From the NCBI GenBank assembly GCA_035084275.1, contig CM068754.1:12338001-12402000 (forward strand): 64,000 nt of DNA. The letters are read 5' to 3'. The position numbers were made by a program, and so were the translations under genes. Numbering within the stretch: the first letter of the stretch is position 1; each line of letters begins with the position of its first letter. The notes beneath the pieces are model-generated. The model searched no databases. It had not been told where the DNA came from and saw only the letters and a program-made list of their open reading frames with translations. This document shows, piece by piece, positions 55,722 to 64,000 of the stretch. This DNA is from Hydrolagus colliei. Lineage: Eukaryota.

Positions 55722-56005
55722 GGAGTCCTGTAGCTCAGTAATTACAGCACTCGCCGAACAAGCAAGAAGCCCTGGGTTCGATCAGGGGAAAATGTTGGGC
55801 AAATTTCCTTACTCCATGCACCTCTGTTTCCTAGTAGTAAGTCGGCACCAAGTTAGGTGTTTGTTGTTTGGCGGATTGCTTTTCTAGGAGTAATAATCAT
55901 TTTTCAATTAAATTAAAATGTGGTCACTCAATCCACGACTCTTTGTAAAACAATGCTGTATGCAACTAGCTGCCGAGTTTTGTCCACAGCTTGTAGTGTA
56001 TTCAC
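55722..56005 (+). mobile_element. tRNA-derived SINE, long variant, tail missing
   Basis: A box gtagctcagt, B box ggttcgatc, CORE-like ttgggcaaatttccttactccatgcacctctgtttcctagtagtaa. Confidence 0.8.
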
Positions 56006-56011
56006 ATCATT

Positions 56012-56104
56012 GAAACATCTCAAAGTGCTTCACAGAATATACCGCAAAAGTGAATTGACTCTATAGTTTGAATGCAAAGCAAGATAGCCAATTGCACTCA
56101 GCAG
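56012..56104 (-). mobile_element. SINE 3' fragment, inverted relative to its neighbour
   Basis: catctcaaagtgcttcacagaatata...gtgaattgact is the reverse complement of the SINE tail. Confidence 0.75.
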
Positions 56105-57039
56105 GGTTTTATCTGGATAAATTGCAGCTGTAAATTAATTCGCACAGAAGGACCCCAAGTTTTGGCTCTTGCCAAACTACATCTTATACTTTCTGGATCT
56201 AAGAAACCAGGGTGCATCCCTTTATATCATTCAGAATATTGTACACAAAAAAATGAGCATCCCTCACTGATGAAAACATCACATTTTAAAACCTCAAGAT
56301 CTCTACAACATATTAAAACACTTGGAAGGGAATTAGTTTACAAATAATCGATTATAATTTATCACACATCTGAAATACAGTAGACCTTTTCATTTAAATA
56401 CAGATGTGAATTGAGTCTCTGCACATGACAAGTACAGGATCATTAATTTTCTTTTTATGGTACTTGGAGTTGAATGTGCTATGTATGGATCGGTGACTAA
56501 AACCAGCGGGAAAAATGAATCTGCAGTTTCTAAAGAAAATTAATCCTTGGATCATATCACTGGATATCACAAACTCAAGACTGTTTCATTTGCTTCAAGA
56601 TAAAGCAAAACAGTATCAAAATTATTTATTATCAGTAGGAAATGCCTCAATATCACAATATTTAAAATTGGGCTGTTCAGCTTTGTCGCTTATTTGAACT
56701 TCAAACCTGAAGGCTCTCTACAATCATAAGAGGCTACTTTCCCCCCAGGAAACATGCTTAAAATGGGCCATTATTTCCACTGCATTAGTCCTAAAGAGCT
56801 GCTTGCCTCCAGAAAATTGTGTTTTTGCATAAAAAAGGCACAGATGCTATCTGTTCTGGTCAACTGACTGTATACAGAAGTAATGTGTGAACAATTCTTC
56901 TCATGGATAGCTGTGTTGTCAAAATAAGACTTTCGATAGAAGACTGCTCTGAAGAGCATCTAAGTATTGTGGTTCAAACCCGAATCTTAACAGTTACAGT
57001 AAGCACAAAGATTGCAATAAGCACTCCCGTATGTGGAAG

Positions 57040-57272
57040 TAATTTAATGGTATTGATTGAATGACTGTTTGATAATATTGTTTTTTGGGGGATATTTTTT
57101 AATTGGTTTCTTTAATAATGAATCCTGATAGAATTACCGTCGACCTGGGGGATTTGGTTTTCCCACATAACATACAGTCAATTCACTTTACAGTATATCC
57201 TATGAACCGCTTTGAGATGTCTCGAAGACTAGATAAGGCTCTGTATGAAATGGAAGGATTCTTATTATTATT
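57040..57272 (+). mobile_element. SINE 3' part, diverged
   Basis: cagtcaattcactttacagtatat...cgctttgagatgtctcgaagac...ggattcttattatta. Confidence 0.7.
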
Positions 57273-57443
57273 CAGCCCTTGGAACCTGAGTAGTTGCCAT
57301 GGGTTAGGGTGATATATTTCCAGTCAAAAGAAGGAACCCTCATTTGCATTATTGAGATTCCTCATGATAGATTGTAAATTAGATCCCAATAATATGGATG
57401 TAAAGCAACTGTACGGAAGCTGCAACATGTGACAGCTTTTATC

Positions 57444-58005
57444 TTTATGAAATGTGACATATTATCAATACCTTGACCACAAAGTTGATGTCAGCAAGTG
57501 GCTTTGGCAGAAACCTAATGACTGTGGTACCAACCATAAACAAAAAGCTGTAACATTCGCTGTAAAGCTCCAGATAAAAATATATCACCTAAACAACTGT
57601 GTTGATCTTATCAGTCAACAATAGGCAACACTGACAAAAAAGCAAAGAGTTTACCAGATTAAAGAAAGTTGTGAGGGCCAGAAATCAATAAATAAGGTAA
57701 AACAAACACTGATCATTTTTAATTTGAAAAGTAAAAATCATTAAAGCTGAAAATGTACACTATGTTTTTGCAAGGCTATAGCTGGATCATATTTTTGAAA
57801 AGAGTCAGATCTTACATCCATAATTTCAAGGCTACCAATCAATGCCTACTAATTTTATGAAACCTGACATACTATCAATAGCTTGACCACACAACTAATG
57901 ACAACAACAACAACAGAATTACATTTCTAAAGTGCCTTTCACGTCAGGAGGAAACTGTGACAGCAAGTGACTTTGATAGAAATCTGATGACCCGGATGCT
58001 AAATC
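57444..58005. repeat. Diverged ~90-bp direct duplication 410 bp apart; copy 2 carries an L2 tail insertion
   Basis: tttatgaaa..tgacata.tatcaata.cttgaccac at 57444 and 57854; cagcaagtg.ctttg..agaaa.ct.atgac continues both copies. Confidence 0.85.
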
Positions 58006-61000
58006 AGTTTGACTTCCTTCCTGTCCGACGGTCAACATTTTGGCACAGTTGGTTTTACTTTCAGTAAATAAATATTGGAGTCAACACCCCAATCATGTTG
58101 TAAGCAAACCTAGGTTTATAACAGGGCTCTTCAGTACCTCTGTTGCATCCTCTATCTGTCCCCGCTATACACATAATGAGGTAATCTCACTATTAACTTT
58201 TGATTTTGGATGAGAAAAGGTTGCTAATACATGTGAATTATCAGATATTTAGGTACTGTACACATTCATGCAGTACAGATTTTTTTTTACAGTATTATAG
58301 TCCACAATTTGTTAAAGAAGCAGATGTATCAAATATTGTTTGGTATTTAAGCATCGTATCCCTGCTCTCTATGGATGGACAAAAGTACTTGAATTGTATC
58401 TGCCTGGCTATTAAATAAATACCCATTTTCTTGTCTCAAAGTGGTACAACTGCAGACAAACTTGTTGTTGAATACTTGAAAAGCAAAATTCATTGAAATG
58501 TAGAGATGGTTGTACAGCATTGTATAATTCAGAATTTTTTAAAAATAGCTTTGGGTAATTTATGGAATTTCAGGCAGTCAGTACAATTATGGTTAAAGTC
58601 AATATTAAAGGAACAAAATATGTCCAGTTCTCTATTCATTCCGATAACATTGCATAAACGCAAACATATGAAAGCTGCTGTACATTAACAATGTATGTGT
58701 GCTTCATCTGACAGTAAAGTCCTCATCACGATAAATTATACTTTTTCTCTAGTGTTTACAAACTTATCATCATTGTCAGATGCTGGTAATGTTGTTTTAA
58801 AGCTCTAAAGCAATATTTGTTCTATCAGGCTCTTGTCTCCCTTGCTCAATATTTGCCATTTACCAAATCCATTTAATCTTCCAAACATAAGTTTCAATTG
58901 GGCAGTCTGCCCCAGATAAGACAACGAAAGCATCCGAATAATTCTGTAACCTTATTATTCATCCTTGACCACAGCTTGATATATTTGTGGATTCCACAAC
59001 TCAGAAAATCATTATGTTCTATTTGGTATTTGAAACAAAGTACATTTGTTCTGTTTACAAATTCTACAAACAACTGTGTCTGTTCAACTTTGGAAGGAAC
59101 CAACACTTGAAGACTGCTCAATAGGGCACTTTCAATTGCTGGCACATCAGCCCCTGAAAAACCTGATTGATGGCCCCTCAGCCCTTGAAGACTGGCCTTT
59201 GTAGCATTTGAAGGATCTCAGAATGGTTACTACAGGAGCTTTAATGGGATGGTCTGCTTGTGAGCAGATTAACCAGTTAACATGCTCCACTATTGTACCT
59301 CCCCAAATGCTATACAGCTTTGAAGGAGTTAGATAGCCATGGCTATGTGTCTCCACTGCTGTGTCAACTGTACATTGATGTAGCAGAGTAGACAAATGCA
59401 CTTTTTTTGTCTACTCTAGTCTCCTAGTGCCAGTAATGTGGCTGACATGTGCCATAGTCCTTGATATATGGCTCTTTTCAGATTCCAAGGCACAATCTTA
59501 AAAAGGCTCCATGGAGCACAGTAAGATCCATTCGATCCAATGTTTCCAAGGGCTACAGTGCAGTGAGTCATTTGAAATGCTGTTGAGATGCTATCCTGCA
59601 TGAATGGCACTATATTAGTAAGATATTATTGTTCTTGTTGTCATTCTCCTTGCTCTCCACTGAAATGGTGCTACCCTTGCAGTGTGGCACGATCATCTGT
59701 AGAAATTACTTATAGTGACTGTGGAGAATTACTTAGAGTAACTGACTTATTTATGCACAAACTGTGGGTTTTAGAGGAAGAAGAACCAATAACATATTTA
59801 AGAGCAATCTTCAAATATGCATGATTTTAAAGAATATTCTTAACAAGCTTGAGGGCTTTGGATATCACTAGTGTATTATTTTTCATTTAACTCTGTGTGA
59901 AAAAAAATAGGGCATCATACTTGCAAAAAGATGTGATCAATTGCTTGCCCAGAAATAGAAGCATTTGGCTATGATTTTCTGTTGTCTAAATAAGTAATTC
60001 CTTAGGACCCATAACTTGGCTGCCTTTATCCCCCCGTAGATCGTCTTTTTCACTCTGTGCTGCTTTATATTTAGACATGGTTTATAAATTGTTAATCCAT
60101 CTCCTGCAATCTTCGTCATTTTTTAGCACTTTAGAAGTTCTTCTAACTTTTCATAAAATCATCTAGTTATTCTCCTGAACATCTAGCTATTTTGGTACCA
60201 AAACATCATGTTTATATTCGATGCACCCTTACTAAATCAAAAGTAGCAAAAGTGAGGCAGAATAAAGGTTTGGTTTCAGATCATTAGATTCGCAATGGAA
60301 TGATATCCGATTGAGTTCAGTGAGATATCCTACTGTGATGTCAGGACAAATCAAAATATGTATATTATTATTACATTTTGTGAATATTTGCATTTTGTAT
60401 TCTAAATATCAGTCCAAAATATTTTCCAACTGTCAATCCAAGTCTGCATTTTAGAACAAACAACAAATTAAACTGATTTTTTTAAAACAGAAATGAAATT
60501 ATGCATTTTGCTACTTTATACTAGATTGCTTAAAACATTTACAGAATACTGTACCTGGGTGGTATTTTCTTCCATAACTCAATAGAGGTGTAAAGATGTG
60601 TTCAAGGTTATTACAGAAATGGATTTTGTCCATTTCACTGATGCATTGAATACAAACTTGTTGTACACATGGGAGTCATACATTGGCACATTAAAACTAA
60701 ATAAATGATACAAACAATGACACTGGTCCTAAAACGTTCCTTCTCACCCTTGGGAGTGAGATTCACTCTCCGAGAAAGAAAAACATGAAACTCACAGTTG
60801 GAGCTGATAATTGCAATGTTCTGAATAAATCAATTGCTTTTAAGAGAAAATGTAGCATTATTGTTGATATTGGTGCCTTATCTTTCAGAAGCTAGTGACT
60901 ATTATTCCCTTTGCTCTTAAATGTATGACTTCGACAATGTGCACTTTTGCACATTGTCAAAGTAGCTGCACTTAACGCCAAGAGGAATTTGTTGCCTCCA

Positions 61001-61311
61001 GCAACGACTGGAAGACTTCGAGTTCTACAATTCATTAGAATCCCATCTTTTCATGTCTGGCACCTAAACATGAACATGTTTCAAAAGGTCAGGACAAAAG
61101 ATCTCTTCTTTATGCCTCTTACATTGCCTTAAGTCATTGTGCACTGTCAATAATTTTCTAGTAGACAAGACGACTACAGGACCAAAATGTTTCTGACACA
61201 TCATTCATTCACTGATAGTAATTCAGGCATCTACATTAGAGGGAAGTGAACTAGCCTAATTCCCTCATCAAGGCAAGGCATGGGTTCATACACTGAACAA
61301 TGTTCCGATTT

Positions 61312-61360
61312 AACAACTACAACAAAATACCATTTATAGAGCGCCTTTCACGTCGGGCGC
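61312..61360 (-). mobile_element. L2 tail remnant
   Basis: aacaactacaacaaaataccatttatagagcgcctttcacgtcggg. Confidence 0.7.
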
Positions 61361-63953
61361 TGTGATTCAGTGAAAATGCCTGATTCCATTAAATGTAAAA
61401 ATGTGATTCCCGAAGTCACATTTATTCCATGGCTATAAACAAATCAGAGAAAAACTAAAACAATCAAAAACTTCAATTATTCATTAAAAGTTGGAATCTA
61501 ATACTGTATAAATATTAGAATAAGCTTAGATTGAACCAACTATTTTCTATCCCAGAACAATTTTAGAAGAACCTAGGAGAGAAACAAATATATAGGTTGC
61601 TCTCAAGGTTTTGCCTCTGCTAGGTAGACTAGCAGAGACTTGAGCTCTCCACAAGTTTCCTGGTACACAGCTCAGCTCAGCATAAAAGGTATGAGCGTAT
61701 TGCACCATCCACCTGCCCACAGAAACACAAGGAATATTGCAGCAAAAATGGAGGTTAAAATTAAGACAAAGTAACAAACTGCACAGGATCCAGAACCAGA
61801 TGTGTCCAATTGGCGTTCCTTAACGATTGATAGCGATAACGAGCAGGATTTAAAAAAATAATTGTTAGTGTTGCTGCTGACATGATAGTAAAAGCAAATG
61901 TCTGCAGCAGAGCACACAAGTGCTGTTCAGTTTGGTTGTGCATCATGATCCAGAGTGCTGACAAGTGAATGCATAAACAGTTCAGAATCTCATCTCGTGC
62001 ACTTACTGCAGGAATGCTCAATGGTGCTGGCTAATTCCAGGTTTATAGAAATACCTGTAAATGCTGGGTAGGATCCATTGATGAGTTATTTTGTGGTTAC
62101 CCAACAGAAGAATGCAAAAACTCACCTTTGTAAAAGAGAAACAGGAGGTATTTTATTTAACAAAAACTGTTCACAGAGCATTTAGTAGTGCAATCCTGGG
62201 ATTGCAACCCCTAGTAGTTGTTGACGCTTCAGTAATGAGTCCTACCTGCTGAGTCGGTTTGTGTAACAATTTACATTTTAATAAGTGCCCATCAAACATG
62301 CACTGAGTGCTGGGAGATGCAGGTAACCTCTTTGATAACCACACAATCCAGGAGAGAATGCTTTTACTCTAACGATAAGGAGTACAAATGGCCACCGATG
62401 AGGCACTGATTCAAGATCTTGTTGGGTAAGGGAATAGAGAGGAGGAAGCAGCATGTGCTGGATGAGGCCAACAGGCAGGCAGAGATCAGCTTTGGTGAAT
62501 AATTCAGGATAACATTACTGCCCTGGAGCTGAAGCTGCAGAGTTACGCAATGTTTTTGTGTGCCTGATGAATCAACACACGACTCTTTGTATTATGTGTG
62601 TGCTCCTGCAATGATAACAAATATTCTACAATTAACTGTTCAGTGGTAATATTTTATTCCATTAATTGTTGAAATTCCACAAATAAGAGCATTGCACATC
62701 CCCTTTTCTTGTATGTACTCTTTCTTGTAGGTTTCCAAATAGCCCCAGGTCTATCTTGTTTTCCATTACTTATCTGTGCATGATTGCTGGGTTAAGAATC
62801 ATTGACAAGTCAGTTTGCTCTCCAGGCAGTACTGCGGTAGGTGACATGAAATTCATGCAAGACAATGCTTTTATTGTATTCAGGTAGAGTTTCTGATGAA
62901 ACATTTCTGCATGGTAAGTGATATTGATGGCAAACTGACACCCAAGAATGTGTAGAATTCTCCCTTCCACTGCTCAAAGCAGAATATTTGAAGATAAGCC
63001 CCAGGAAAATATTAAATCCCTATGATATAAAATTCAGGCCTTTAGAGCTAATGCTGACCATTATCGGATTCTTGGTCATAGACTCCCAAAATAATTCATA
63101 CCGGCTAGGGTAGAGTATTGGATTGCTGCTCCAAAACAGTCCATGTGACTTGCATCACAGAGGTTTCCATACTAAACATCTTAATTCTCACAGCCATAAA
63201 CCCATGGAATGGGGGCTATATTCCTTGATGGTGGACTATTCCATGTTATCAGCTACATCATCTGAGTTATTTCTGACATTTGGAAATGACAGGACGTATT
63301 GGCACATCAACAGCTTCTAAAAAGTGAGAACTGCCATTTGCACTCCTTATGGTTGTCAAGACACTAAGGCCATCCTACATGCCCTTTGTATCAGAACAGA
63401 TGGCTATTCAGTCTTCCACATAAATGGCTCACCCCTTCCACATGTGCTACCACTCACTAACTCTGTGGGTGCTTATGTGAGAGGGTGCAGGAGTAAGGAG
63501 GATGGTGGTTTCTGCTTGGTGCATCTCTTCCTTCTACAGCTTCTGGGGCTTGACAGCTGGTTTATCTCTGAAAAGAAAGAGGGGATTAAATAAAAGCAAC
63601 AAGGATGTGTATCTAAACACCATGGAATAAAAAATGACATGCTGTGCTTGCAAAGTTACCCATTTCCTAGCTCGTGTCGGACAAGACTTTGGAACGGACA
63701 TGTATCATTAAAATATACATTACTTTCAGTATTCGGACAAACCTGGACCACAAAACACCCACCCGTTGAACTGTCAAAGTCAGCAGATTCACAAGCCACA
63801 CTCTCTGAGCTTCCCATTCTATTCCTTCAAGAATTATGTGATTGATGGGAAATGTTTCTCTATAAAGCGAGGCCCTTGAGATTAAAGTTGGATTTGGCCT
63901 GCAGAGGTCAACGATACAATTATTACCACAAACTATTCCATACAACTACAGTA

Positions 63954-64000
63954 CAGTAAAAGCCCGTTTATCCGGAACCCTTGAGACCTGGCCAGTGCCA
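63954..64000 (+). mobile_element. Left end of a Tc1/mariner (pogo/Tigger-type) DNA transposon or MITE, running off the window
   Basis: TA|CAGTAAAAGCCCGTTTATCCGGAA: TA target followed by a CAGT-start Tigger-like TIR. Confidence 0.55.

Overview
AT-rich vertebrate genomic DNA; no prokaryotic features. The repeat content (L2 LINEs with (TTG)n tails, tRNA-derived SINEs carrying L2-type tails, a SacSINE1/DeuSINE-like copy, CR1 and Penelope-like relics) points to a cartilaginous fish, possibly a holocephalan; this is inference from recalled repeat consensus, not a database result. The only host gene I can support is the 3' end of an intracellular FGF (FHF family), best matching FGF13, on the minus strand: a 199-bp penultimate coding exon (48965-49163), a terminal coding exon (47814-47947) and a ~1.2 kb 3' UTR with poly(A) signals. 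Everything above 49163 is probably intron and everything below ~46.4 kb is downstream intergenic DNA. The long ORFs at 5.1-7.3 kb are L2 reverse-transcriptase fragments; the other ORFs in the track are spurious or transposon debris. I found no convincing new multi-gene system. The best second-look items are an L2 nested in another L2's 3' recognition stem-loop, a covarying stem-loop shared by L2s and SINEs, recurrent stem-loop-only insertions, a 74-nt pre-miRNA-like hairpin, a cryptic 5' splice site in the FGF13 last exon, LF-SINE-like relics and candidate enhancers. Repeat boundaries were read by eye and are approximate.
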